50,210 nt of DNA from Octopus bimaculoides (lineage: Eukaryota), in the NCBI RefSeq assembly GCF_001194135.2, contig NC_068989.1, positions 95,131,410-95,181,619 on the forward strand, given 5' to 3'. The position numbers were made by a program, and so were the translations under genes. The notes under the pieces were generated by a model, which was given only the letters and a program-made list of their open reading frames with translations, was not told the origin of the DNA and ran no database searches. This document shows positions 21,503 through 34,003 of this stretch, one piece after another. The first letter of the stretch is position 1. Each line of letters starts with the position of its first letter.

Positions 21503-22779
21503 AAAGCCGTGTATATTTCGATGTCTAACAATTTTTCCCGCCTTTAATTTCCCTCGGATTCCTGACAAACAAATGAAAGATGGCGGTGATATGACGATGC
21601 AATGTAGCTATAGTAATTGAATGCGTGCTTCAAGATAGACAACACACAAGTTTCCATTTGATTTAAACGAAAGACAGGTGTACTTAAACTCCTGGACCTT
21701 CTGCTTTATTCCCACTCATATTTCATTACTGTTCTCCTTTGATAGATATATCTTTCGCTAAAGAAATAAATTTTATTTATATCACCTCTAAAACTGCTGT
21801 TGTGTCTGTATAAAATCTTACTTTTACCATTTTATCTTAGATTGGCTTTGCTTCTCTTTAATACTTTTTTCATACATTCAATCTAAACTTACAAAGGTTT
21901 TTTTTTTCTTCTTCTTCTAAGGAAAATAATATTCAATTCATTTCACATCCCTTCCACTAATGTTTTTAAACTTTTACCCTCTTTTCGATGTCTTCAAAAT
22001 CTCTTCGTTTTTTTTTTGTTTTGTTTTTTTCTGATTCAAAGCCAATTCTATTTCTAGCAATGGCGTCAACTTTCGTCTCTTATATGATCGTTGTTAGTTT
22101 ATTAAAGTCTGCCGTCTGTGATCTACTCCAGAAATTACCTTAACTATCGAGTATATTTCAGATACTTCTTCGAGGAGCAGTAGCCACGATACATAATAAA
22201 AGTCAAATATTTAAAACTTTTTTCCAGCAGATCATTGTTTCTTTTATTTGTTTTATTTTCATGCTAGGAAAACCTCCCGTTATATAACATGTCCCTAAGA
22301 CAATATTATAAATCAATGAGACTGATTTATTCAACTGAACATTAAAGAATACTCGGTATTATGTTATCTGTAAAGATGTATGTCGATATGTCCTTTATAG
22401 ATTTTTAAAAAAAGCTGGGTAAAATCAAGCGGCAAAGTCAACGAGACGCTACACGTTTTATTCTAAGATGACCATGTCTCATGCGTATTTCTGGTGGGTT
22501 TCTTTCGTCTTTTTTTATCGTTGTTTTGTTTATTAGTTTGTTTTTTTCTTTTTCTTTTTGTTCTCGTCGCTGAAGATAAAGTATTTTGTCGAAAGAAAGC
22601 AGATGATTTTTGTCTACATCTTATTCATTTGTGAGAGATTTCTAAATTGCTGGAAAACTTGGATCAAAGACATCGCTTAATATTGATGCTTTCGAACAAT
22701 GATCGATAGAAGAATTATCCAATGTTCCAAGCATATCATAACCCGTGGCATTTTAACTGAGAATTTAGTTTCGCTATCA

Positions 22780-22905
22780 TATTGTTCCAGGTTCGATCTT
22801 AATGCACGGCACCTTGGCCGAGTTTCCTCTATAATAGCTTCCAGTAGATTCATGCCTAATGAGTAAAATTAATTTGACTACTGAGACTGTGTGGAATCCC
22901 GTCGA
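22780..22905 (+). mobile_element. Old family B SINE head fragment
   Basis: ttccaggttcgatcttaatgcacggcaccttggccgag...gaatcccgtcg aligns loosely with the family B head. Confidence 0.5.
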
Positions 22906-23317
22906 GTAGACTGTACATGTTCTTAGATATTAGATTTAATCCTCTCACACGGTTTAATACGATCTTCTAGCGAGACAGAACCTTTAATTGAAACCATTCT
23001 GTTGCAAGAAATCCGAGTAGGTTTCCAACTTTACCCACAATTCCTCCAACAAATCTGCCAAACGCAATTCAGGCAGCACTAAATTAAAATAGCTAGTTGT
23101 GTATATTATACACCGTGAGATGACGAATTCTGGCCCAAGTATATGGCTGGCTGCGAGAATACCTCACGGGAAAGGCCCCGAAAGGCCTAAACGTATCTGA
23201 CGTTCTTGTTGACAACTACTGGAGTCATTCTTCCCTTGTTTATTGTGCTTTTAACACAGCACACCTGTAAGAGATGTTGTCTCAGAACAACTACCGTAAT
23301 AACTGGCCTACCAACAG

Positions 23318-23393
23318 TGTGCACACACACATACATACACACGCACACACGCTCACACGCACACGCACACACACACACACATACACACGCGCG

Positions 23394-23428
<35 letters not shown>
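23318..23428. repeat. (AC)n/(ACGC)n microsatellite
   Basis: Direct read. Confidence 0.95.
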
Positions 23429-23430
<2 letters not shown>

Positions 23431-23560
23431 CGAAACATAGTTGCCTATTTTAATCTAATACTGGATTGCGTATACCTCATTTTTATTCAGCAAGGTAGCT
23501 ATTCGCAACATCAGTGTATGTTTTATTCGTTGTTTTCTATAACACTTGGCGACAAACGGA

Positions 23561-23723
23561 GGCGAGCTGGCAGAATCGTCAGCACGCCGGGAAAAATGCT
23601 TGGCGGTAGTTTAGATTCCGCCGAGGTTGACTTTGCCTTTCATCCTTTCGGGATCGATGAAATAAGTACCAGTTGAACGCTGAGGTCGATGTAATGGGCT
23701 TAGCCCTCTCCCCCGAACTTGCT
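23561..23723 (+). mobile_element. Family A variant SINE with an internal deletion
   Basis: ggcgagctggcagaatcgtcagcacgccgg...ccgaggttgactttgcctttcatcctttcgggatcgatgaaataagtaccag. Confidence 0.88.
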
Positions 23724-24364
23724 TATATTAAAGCTTATATCAGTAGGCAACGAATTCTCGTCCGGACATACGACTGGCTGTTAGTACACGTCATTGAAGA
23801 AGCCCAACAAGACCAAAATGTATCTGGTGTTCTCACCGGCCACTGCTGAGGCAATTTTTCGTCTCCTTCCAATAACACAGTAAGTCCATAAGAGATATTA
23901 TCACGGAACGAATACCACAATAATTGGCCTATCGACGGTGTAAATACATTAAATATGATACATAGATGTCTACTTTAATTTAATACTACTTCCAATTTAC
24001 ATGAGCCTATCTTTCTTATCTACTTCGTTCTTGTTCACTTTTCTCTTCTTACTTTTTTCACTTTTATCGCATATATCACTTGAAGATGATCGGAGATTTT
24101 ACAGACTGAAGTATTGCATAAATAAAAGCAATTACAAAGAATCTACAAGCTGAACTAAATAGTCCAATTAATAGCATTTTTCCCCTTTAATTTTGAACGA
24201 CCGACTGATTTTGCGCTGAGCTGTAAAGATATAAATGTGACTGAACGTTGCAGACTGACTAAAGCGTTACAAATTACTGTTTCACGATTCTTAAGCTACA
24301 CCTATACTTCCCACGCTCTAATTCTATTTCTCTCCCTTTCCCTAGCTTTCCTTCTCTCCACCAT

Positions 24365-24880
24365 CTCTCTCTCACTCTCTCTTTCTCTCTCTTTCTCTCT
24401 CTCTCTCTCTTTCTCTCTCTCACACACACACACACACACATGCACTTAAAGACAAAGGATGCCACACATACACATTCAATATAGATTTATATACTCAGGC
24501 ACACACACATGCACGCACACACACATGCACGCACACAGACATGCATGCACACACACGCACGCGCGCACGCACACACGTACACACATACACACACATTCAT
24601 ACATGCATACATACATGCATATATATATATATGTAATTTCCAAAAAACGCAACCTATACACATAGAGTTAAAGAAATATTATGCTCTAAATATATGTGTA
24701 TGTGCTTGTATATATATATAGATAGATGTATACATAGACACATGATATATACTATGTATTTATGTATATATATGTATGTGCATATATAAGCATGTATATG
24801 TGTGTGTGTGTGTGGATGTATGCATGTATGTGTGTATGTATGTATGTATGTATGTGTGTATGTTTGTATAAACGAATATA
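24365..24880. repeat. Compound (CT)/(AC)/(AT)/(TATG) microsatellite field
   Basis: Direct read. Confidence 0.9.
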
Positions 24881-25958
24881 TACTTGCAAACCTCGATAAA
24901 TTCAGACATACATCACATATGTAAAAAGCGATGACGTATATTCCGATAATTAAGTTAAAAACTGAAGTATTGAATGTCAGGCACAAAAATATTCTTATCT
25001 AATTGAAGTTGCTGTGTTAGACGTTAAAAGAAAGCAAAAAAGAAAACCTAGCGGCAATTGTCAGAGACTGTCAAAAGGGAGGGGAGATAATTTTCTAGAA
25101 ATTAGGAACGAATCTCTTAAAGTTAATCTACATGCTTAGGGAAAAGAGAGTCTGATCGTCTAAGAATATATATGTCCGTGTATTTGTGTGCGTATATGTA
25201 TGTATGCACGTATACACACGCACACACGCGTATATGTACATTTTCAATTCTTCATTACAATACATACACATATTCCAACAGTGGACGAAAGCAACCAACA
25301 AAATGCTCTCAGGAAATCGAATTGCAGTGGGACATTTTTCTGTGGTCACTGAAATGCGACCATATTGGATTACTGAGTTTTAGCAGATTATATCAAGTCT
25401 AATGTTTTATCTGCTACTTATTTCATTGATCTGTTGTGATAAGGGTGATATTCAAACATAATAGTTATAATTGTAAATATTAATTACGAGTTGATTATTG
25501 GTTATTATAATTATAAAATTGTAATCAAGAATTATTCCTTCAATATGGTGTTCAAGTGAGGCCTTAAACCATTATGGAAGACCATTAAAACGATTGTTGG
25601 GTTGCCATAGGTCAACTTGGTAAGGCGTCGCTGTAGTGATCAAAAGGCAAAAGTTTGTAACCAAACATGGAAGGAAAACCGACTTCACACGAAGACAACT
25701 TTGCTTTCTTTTGTTTATGAATGAATAATATACGTACGGTGTCACATGCTTCAGTCTTTGTCTAACAGTAAAACGAAGCCCTCTGCTTGATTCACCTTCG
25801 TTTTATATAGACTAGAATGAGCATGGAACCGACTTGTTTTGATATTCTTACAACTCAGTGTAATGTATCTTACCTGAGGCAGGATAAATAAATGTCTTGA
25901 CTGTCAGAACCACCTCGAAAGGTTCGAACTTAATTCTCTCCCACGGCACTGTAAGGTA

Positions 25959-26169
25959 GCGGGCTGGCAGAAACATTAATTAGCACGCCGGGCGAAATAC
26001 TTAGCGGTATTTCATCTGTCTTTACAATCTGAGTTCAAATTGCGCCGAGATTGACTTTGCCTTTCATCTTTCGGGATCGATAAATTAAGTACCAGTTGCG
26101 TACTGGGGTCGATCTAATCGACTGGCGTCCTCCCCAAAAGTTTTGGGCCTTGTGCCTTGAGTAGAAAAG
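25959..26169 (+). mobile_element. Family A SINE, full length
   Basis: Colinear with 1619-1830. Confidence 0.92.
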
Positions 26170-26685
26170 ATTATTTGTGCAATGTAGAAAATATCTCAAC
26201 TCATTCCACACGATACTGTTATCAAACTCGAAAGACAGCCAAGGCTTGTACGCCTTGCCTTACAAAAATCGACATCACATCACGTAACAACATTCAACAC
26301 AACTAGTCTTGTGTTATTCAAATTTATTCCGAAAGAAATTAAAAAGGTCCTGTCACATGCACACGATACGTGTAAAAAATTACTCCAAGAAATACCAGAC
26401 AAACCACTGACATATATTTCAGCAAAGCACAATTCCTCACATATATGAGTTATAGCGTTCTAAAACTTAAAAGACGACTCTTAGTGGTGCTATTAAGTTA
26501 GACAAGGCCTGGGTCAATAATGACTAAAACCTATCGAAGTCATCTAAGTTATCTCTCTTCCAATCTATCGATCGATAATAGCGGGAAATTGCGTATTAAA
26601 ATATAAACGATATTGTAAACTCATTTCTATCATGTGACAATGTCCAAAACAGTGAAGAATAGTGGGAAATAGTATTTGATTATCG

Positions 26686-26892
26686 TTTGCTTATTTCAAT
26701 CATTGAACTGCGACCATACTGGGGCACGGTTCTGAAGGAGTTGAACAAATCGATCCTAGAACTTGATTTTTAAAAGTATGGTACTTATTCTGTCGGTTAT
26801 CTTTTGCCGAACCGCTTCGCTATGGTGAAGTAAACAAAGCAACACTGGTTGTGAAGTGTTTAGTGTGGGGACAACCACAAATACACACACAT

Positions 26893-26928
<36 letters not shown>

Positions 26929-27120
26929 GCATATATATATATATATGCATATATATATCTATACGACGGGCTTCCACACAGTTTCCATCTATGAAATTCA
27001 CTCCCAGGGCATTTGTCGGCTCAGGACTATAGCAGAAAACATTTACCCAAAACTGCTGCAGTATGGGTCTGAACCCGGGTTACAAAGAGCACTTCGTAAA
27101 CGCACAATCACGCCTGCTCC
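26686..27120 (-). mobile_element. Family B SINE, full length, with internal (AT)n
   Basis: 3' half at 26686-26890, microsatellite at about 26890-26960, head at 26962-27120. Confidence 0.85.
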
Positions 27121-27345
27121 AGTTGCCAGAAAAACGAACATCGCCGGATTGTATGGTACTGTCCAGGTGTCGAAACTATAGTGATATCCGTGGGGCAGCT
27201 GATGATGGATGTGTGTTGTATTGTTGGTAAGGCTGTTGTTGTGTGTGCGGAATGGTTTTGTAAGACATCCATTTGATAATAAACAAGATATATTTGAAGT
27301 CGTTAAAAGAAACTATCGGATGCATTTTGCAATTAACTCCTCATT

Positions 27346-27473
27346 GCACAAGGTTGCATTTGTACGTATTTAATACACAAGAATCACTTGGAAGGGAAAT
27401 TTTTTTTTATCGTCTGAAATGCAATGAAATGTGCGCGGTTTTTCGGTTGAAGAACTGACGTAATAGCATCAAA
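27346..27473 (+). repeat. ~128-bp direct repeat, copy 1 (copy 2 at 28797-28929)
   Basis: ggttgcatttgtacgta.ttaatacacaagaatcacttggaaggga...cggtttttcggttgaagaactgac.taatagc.tcaaa occurs in both copies. Confidence 0.92.
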
Positions 27474-27654
27474 CACAACAATATAATATCGCAGGATCAT
27501 AAGCTCTAGAAAATATTTAGTCGTTGGGCTGAGGGAAAAAAGCTTCTGTTAAGTTGAATTGTTTTAAATATAAAACACTAACGCAACATCTTCAACTGAG
27601 GAGCGACGACCAAAAGGTTGATTGAATCCATTCGCTTCTCTGGATATTTTGCTT

Positions 27655-27940
27655 TATATCTTTCTTTATCCTTTACGTGTTTCAGTCATTAGACAGCGGC
27701 CACGCTGGGGTACCTCCTTAGATGATTTTAGTCGAAGGAATCGACCTCGGTACACATGATTTTTTTAAAGCCTTATTCCATCGGTCGTTTTTGCCAAACC
27801 ACTAAGTTACGTAAACACAACAACATCAATTGTCAAACAGTGAGTGGAGGAATAAAACAGACATAAACATATATAAACTGATATACATACATATACATGT
27901 ATATATCTATATATATACACACATACATACATATACGTAT

Positions 27941-27987
<47 letters not shown>

Positions 27988-28145
27988 TGTATTATGTATA
28001 TCAGTTTCTCTCAACCAAATCCACTCACAGGGGTTTAGTAGGTCCGAGGTCATAACAGAAGACCTATGCCCAAGGTGCCACGTGGTTTGAACCCGGAACC
28101 ATGTAAGTGGGAAATAAACTTCTTACCACAGTTACACCTGTGCCT
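27655..28145 (-). mobile_element. Family B SINE, full length, with internal (ACAT)/(AGAT)n
   Basis: Tail tttacgtgtttcagtcattagacagcggccacgctgggg; the head ends at cttcttaccacagttacacctgtgcct. Confidence 0.88.
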
Positions 28146-28382
28146 GTTTACATATTTAAATATTTGTATATTTAAATCACTGAAATAATCCTGTATTTCC
28201 CTCTTAGTAGCAGCTAATGTTAACCATCATCAGGCAAGGAAGACAAGGGTTGTAACTATAAGTGAATTCCACCATTGTCATCTGTGGATTCCCTTGAGGC
28301 CAAGAGGTAGAACGAACTCATACAGAGATGGTTGTATTATTTACGTTATTTAAATGATGGATCACTCTCGTATGACTATATC

Positions 28383-28587
28383 CTTTTCTACTCTAGGCAC
28401 AAGACCCGGAATTTGGGGCGGGGCAATCGATTAGATCGACACCAGTATGCAACTGGTACTTAATTTATCGACCCCGACAGGATGAAAGTAAAAGTCGACC
28501 TCGGTGGAATTTGAACTCAGAACGTAGACAGACGAAATACCGCTAAGCGTTTCGCCCGAGGTGCTAACGTTTCTGCCAGCTCGCCGC
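28383..28587 (-). mobile_element. Family A SINE, full length
   Basis: Reverse complement of the 1619-1830 type. Confidence 0.93.
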
Positions 28588-28796
28588 CTTTACTATGAAT
28601 CTTAAAGAGAATCTGTTCAACACATGAAACAGGTGGTCACACACATTTTGCTACTCGTCATCCATTCATTTTTTCTGGTGTTTTTAAATAAAAGTCATTC
28701 TAGCTTTTCTTTAAACAACAAGGCTTGATTGAAAAATCGAATAATCTTGTTAACATACATTTTTAAAGACTTGCCACTTTTTAGTTAATTATCAGC

Positions 28797-28929
28797 CGCA
28801 CATGGTTGCATTTGTACGTAGTTAATACACAAGAATCACTTGGAAGGGATTTTTTTCTTTTTTTATCGTCTGAAATGTAATGAAATATTCACGGTTTTTC
28901 GGTTGAAGAACTGACATAATAGCGTCAAA
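28797..28929 (+). repeat. ~130-bp direct repeat, copy 2
   Basis: See 27346-27473. Confidence 0.92.
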
Positions 28930-30117
28930 GAATCCAATTATTGAAGATGTTAGAAAATAATTGGAATCTTCAAACATTAGGAATTGTTTCCCACACGAAA
29001 CAAAGAAAGAACAATGAATGAATAGTGAAAATATAAACATAATACAAGAATGATATAAGAGTGAGAAATGTTGAAAATAATTAAAAGGATCCAGAAAAAA
29101 ATATAATAAGATATATCTCAAGTTGTTAAAAGAAATCATTGAATTTATTTTTAACTTATTGTTGTCAAAGATAACATCAAAGAATGCGAATTGCAATAAT
29201 GAGTACATTTATTTACCATATATATTTACGATTAAAGAGAACAGAATATATCTTTTTGTTTTTGTTTATTTATTTATTTATTTATTTATTTATGTTGCTT
29301 TTTGGAGATGATTTAAAATTATTTGAATGACTTCACTATACTAGAACATCTCTAGGTTTCTCACATTCTGTTTTTTTTTTTATTTTACGTATTTGATACA
29401 TATCACATCAGATTTTAAATTTGAAAATCGTAATCGTAACTGGTTCAAAGTTTATAAAGTATACAATTTTTTTCTTAAACGAAAATTTTGACTAAAGTTT
29501 ACCTTTATGCATAAAGTGATAAACTATCAAAATTTGGTCTTCCATTATCTGATTCAGATCGATCGACGTGTAAAGCATATCTGATTCTAAGCAAGTTTAA
29601 CAAGACTTTGTTGGCTTCGAACGAGCCACACTCTTTTAAACTGATTTCTATCAAGAACAAGTCGTATGGAATCGTCTTTATATTCTTATGGAGACTATTC
29701 AGAAACTTAATGCTGTTATTTGTTTCAATGAAAAAATTACCAACCAGAGAGAGAGGGGGGAGCATTTTAAAATTAGTATTTAAAAGGTTGCCAAAGTTGA
29801 AAGAGCAATTTATTTTCAATAATCCAACCAAGCCTTAAATAAGATCTTCCAATTCCTGCAGACGACAAAATGATATGTGAATATGACACAAGCATTTTAT
29901 AATTTATCTCTTCTTTTTGTTTATAGTTTTCATGACAGATTGTAAGAGATATCCTTTACCTCTCACAGTGTGTCATGGCTTATCAGTTTTACAGAGACAC
30001 TTTAATTCATTTAATCAATATATAAATGGAATTCATAAAACCAAATAAATTATTCGGACTTCAATTGATTCCGTGCCTAGCTTTCAGTCGATTCCGTTTA
30101 TTCGTTATTAATATTTT

Positions 30118-30257
30118 TTTATGTTTTACTTGTTTCAGTCATTAGACTGTGGCCATGCTGGGGCATCACCCTGAAGAGCTTTTAGCCGAATGAATCGATC
30201 CCTTTGGTTTTTTAAAGCCTGATACTTGTTCTATCGGAATCTTTTTGTCGAACCGCT
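30118..30257 (-). mobile_element. Family B SINE 3' fragment
   Basis: ttttacttgtttcagtcattagactgtggccatgctggggcatcaccctgaagag...tttgtcgaaccgct; truncated where a 16-bp tandem repeat begins (30258-30300). Confidence 0.88.
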
Positions 30258-30499
30258 TTGTAATTATCCCATATTGTAATTATCTCCTATTGTAATTATC
30301 TTGTTTTATGCTTTCAGTTTATATTCGAAACATTTGATAAAAGATTTATATTTATATTGACAATAAGTTTACAAGCTCAATGAAAATATATAAATATCAA
30401 ATGTAAAGAGGAAAACTTTCTCCATGTATGCCTAAGTTTCATTCCACTCATATCACAGATGTGTTCCTTGGTATTTTTCTTTTTTATTTCCTGAATATC

Positions 30500-30580
30500 T
30501 AGGCGCAGTCATAGTTGTGTGATTAAGAAGCTCACTTTGCAACCATGTAGATTCGGGTTCAGTCACACTTCACGGCACAA
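30500..30580 (+). mobile_element. Family B SINE head fragment
   Basis: aggcgcagtcatagttgtgtgattaagaagctcactttgcaaccatgtagattcgggttcagtcacact. Confidence 0.7.
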
Positions 30581-31835
30581 TTATCTTACCTGTCTGTACC
30601 AATATGTATGAAGGATGGAAACGTGTATAAACTGTTAGCTATTTGTTGGTTGCTAGATATAATCCGTCGTCTGGTTTCGCACAACCACGTTACATCATGG
30701 TTCCTTTAGCGGAGTCCTTCTCTGTTGTAAATCTCCGGTTTGAGCATAGTTTCACCCTTCTCTCCTTCCAACCCGTTTGGGAGGCCATGTGAAGGCCAAT
30801 GGGCACGGTGTTTTTTACTAATCGAAAGATAGATTTGTAGGTTCATGTGTTAAGTGTTTCAAAGTCAAACTTAAGAAAGAAAGAAATACATATCAATAGT
30901 TTCAAGATAGAGGATAAGTTCGAGATTTCAACTGCAAAACTGTAAAATCTTAAACAGTACAAATATCGATCTTAATTTTGACTGGTTTTGGCAACAATAT
31001 TTCGGCCTAGTCTGTTCTAGATCAGACAGGTAAGCAATATAATGATCAAGAGCAAGAAATTCGTTGAACAAGTAATCAATTAAAATGTCATAATAATTAT
31101 AAAAAGAGAAAGAAAAGGAGAAAACAGAACTGAAAAATCAATTAAATGTGTGCAAAGGCTTGCAAAAGTCTAGCCATGAAGGTGTCGTAATAGATTTAAA
31201 GAGAAATGCATTGGTTGAAAGGTGAGGCTGAGTGATAAAGTGGCATTGAGTATCTTAGTTGGTGTCCTTTACATTCTGGGGTCCAGTCCAGCTACGGTCA
31301 AATATACCTATCATTCTTCTGAGATTAATGAAACGATGCATTACCTAAGTATTGAAATAGGTTTAAACCACGATCCCTCCTCTAGACATTCCACTCCCTA
31401 AATATTTGTGGCCGTGTACCCATGCTAGAAATTAATACATTATACCTACGAGTATTCTATTTGGCGTTCTTCTATAATTGAAAACTCTGTTGTTTTCACT
31501 GTCCAATTTTTCCTGTCTTGGTTTGTGTTTGCCACCTTGGAATCCTCTGTTTAGTGGGTTGATCCACTACTCAGGAAGAGACTATTCTAGGGTATGTTCT
31601 GCCTTATCTTCGAGACGTCGGGTTAGAATAGAGGCAGCTGATGAAGGAATATTCCAAGTGGCTTTCCGTTTTCCTATGTGTTCGTTCCGTTGTATGTAGT
31701 TCATTGTTCTAACGTCCTGTACCCTGATACGCATCTATATACACATGTAGATGTAAGTATGTACATATATGTGTGTATACATGCATATATATTCTTTGTA
31801 TTATACATATATATGCGTGTGTGTGTGTGTGTGTA

Positions 31836-31887
<52 letters not shown>

Positions 31888-31991
31888 AAAAATGAGGGCA
31901 GGGAATCGTCAATTAATAATAGAATTAACAATTAACAATTTTGCCAAGTAGTTCAGTATGAAATAAACCTTTATCGGTAAGACCATTTATC

Positions 31992-32266
31992 ATCATAAAT
32001 ATAAGGGATTAGCAATTGAGTTGCTTCTCCAACATACTGAAAATTCAGAAACAGCAGTCAAAGAACTACTGATTCTAAACTACAAATTTTTCTCTAAAAT
32101 GGATGGCGATATTTATGGCACACATGTGTGCCATAAATGTGTGCCATAAATATCGCCATCCATTTTAGAGAAAAATTTGTAGTTTAGAATCAGTAGTTCT
32201 TTGACTGCTGTTTCTGAATTTTCAGTATGTTGGAGAAGCAACTCAATTGCTAATCCCTTATATTTA

Positions 32267-32270
<4 letters not shown>
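31992..32270. repeat. Perfect inverted repeat with 134-bp arms (fold-back palindrome)
   Basis: 31992-32125 is the exact reverse complement of 32137-32270 (checked base by base, 134/134). The spacer 32126-32136 (gtgtgccataa) duplicates the start of the right arm. Confidence 0.98.

Positions 32271-32320
<50 letters not shown>
32271..32320. repeat. (AT)n microsatellite abutting the palindrome
   Basis: Direct read. Confidence 0.97.
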
Positions 32321-32324
<4 letters not shown>

Positions 32325-32544
32325 GACACCGGGATCCAAAAGTAGTCATTGGGTGAACTTTCTCAGGAAACCCAAGGAGAAATAGCCAAGCTCCGTTTCA
32401 AAGATGTCAGTCAGAGCAACCTGCTGATGAACCATAATGATCATAACAAACAGGAAATGAACCCTAATGACTAAAATGGACATCGGATAATAGATGTGTC
32501 GTTATTATGAAATGACCAACTTTGCGGTCTCAATACACATAAAC

Positions 32545-32777
32545 TTCAATTTTGGTTAGTTCATTTAGTTTCCAGTTAAGGATATTGTAGCTGTAACTTA
32601 TAACTGGGACGGCTAAAGTGTTAATACCTATTATCTTGTTTTTAGCTTTGAGCTCTATTTTCAGTATTGATCTAACTCGTCTATAATATTCTTTCTTTAT
32701 TTTCTCTTTTATTTGTGTGTATTGCATCGTATCTAGTTCATTGATTCCTAAATATTTGTATGTCTGGCTTTGGTCTT
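32545..32777 (-). mobile_element. R4/Dong-type LINE RT C-terminal fragment
   Basis: DQSQTYKYLGINELDTMQYTQIKEKIKKEYYRRVRSILKIELKAKNKIIGINTLAVPVISYSYNILNWKLNELTKI is uninterrupted and includes the YKYLG RT motif. Its 5' edge abuts (AAT)n at 32778-32841. Confidence 0.92.
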
Positions 32778-32787
32778 ATTATTATTA

Positions 32788-32841
<54 letters not shown>
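32778..32841. repeat. (ATT)n microsatellite
   Basis: Direct read. Confidence 0.97.
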
Positions 32842-32845
<4 letters not shown>

Positions 32846-33962
32846 CCACATTAATCAATTCATGGTGAACTCAACTCCTTGCAAAGACTCCATGGATAAC
32901 GCAACGAAGATAACAATTAGGATTTTCCTAGAAGTTGCGTCCCATGATCTCTATATTTATTTTATTATCCCCAAATCCCGTACTGTCTCGTGTAGCTTCG
33001 TGTGTTCTCCGAGATGGAGATGAGTACCACTGTTCTATGTGGCAAGCTTGATAATTGTTGAGAGATTTCTTTTGGCATGAAACTAATGATAGGCTTGCTA
33101 ATCCCCAAATAAAGTATACTTACATATATATATATATATATATACATACATATTGTGCATACATATACATGCATACATATGTATGTGCATACATATGTAT
33201 GTGCATACAAGATGATCTTGGCAACGATTCTGAATTCTAATGTAGGGAACTTGTTTCTAGGTTAGAACGACTCACCTTTTCTCTGCCAGAGAGAAATCTT
33301 AAAATAAAACTAGAACATACATACAGAGACAAATGAGAGTAGGAACTGTCTTCCTTCAGTTTGTCTTCTATATTTTCGTAGCCTATAGTTATTAACTCAC
33401 GTGTTCCAATAAGAAGCATATTCGTCTTCTTTTATTACTTTTTAAATTTAAATTAGTTTTAAAATTGAATACTTTTCTGCATATTGATCGCTGGCTTCTG
33501 TGATACTATTAGCTGAATGGTATCACACGTTCTTTATATTTTAGGAGGTACTTGTTATTTGTTTTGTTTGTTTTGTTGTTTTTTTTTCTTTTCTTCCCTG
33601 AACAATATGCAGCGTTATAATAGAGTTTTTGTACTATAATAACATCACTGAATGAGCTCTGCAGATTATTTTTGTAACAATTTTATTTGAACAACGCTAA
33701 CAGTTGATATTAATTAGGCAAGACTTGAAGTACAGCACATGTCTTGCTTAAATAATGAGGTAGAGGTGAAACACTGCAGGCAGAAATTATCATATTTCTG
33801 GGTGTATTTTGTGAGCAATGAAACAGTCAACATGGCGGCAAAAATGGTGCAGGAAAGAAATATGTAAACCACAAATTAAATAGGAAACCACAACCACAAA
33901 TGTACTTACTCAAAAGAAACGTGTTTTCATTGTGCTCTAACAGACGTACATGCATAGTGCTA

Positions 33963-33963
<1 letters not shown>

Positions 33964-34003
<40 letters not shown>
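33964..34003. repeat. (GT)n microsatellite left of an N-gap
   Basis: Direct read. Confidence 0.97.

Noticed and set aside
23058-23070. CCAAACGCAATTC, shared with miR-219
   Set aside because: The seed region does not match and there is no precursor stem.
23206-23676. 156-aa ORF as a candidate gene
   Set aside because: It spans an (AC)n tract and a family A SINE.
31600-31670. Second hammerhead candidate (cgagacgtc...ctgatgaaggaatattcc)
   Set aside because: CTGATGA is present but no GAAA follows helix II and no helix I forms. It may be a decayed Penelope-like tail but cannot be supported as a ribozyme.
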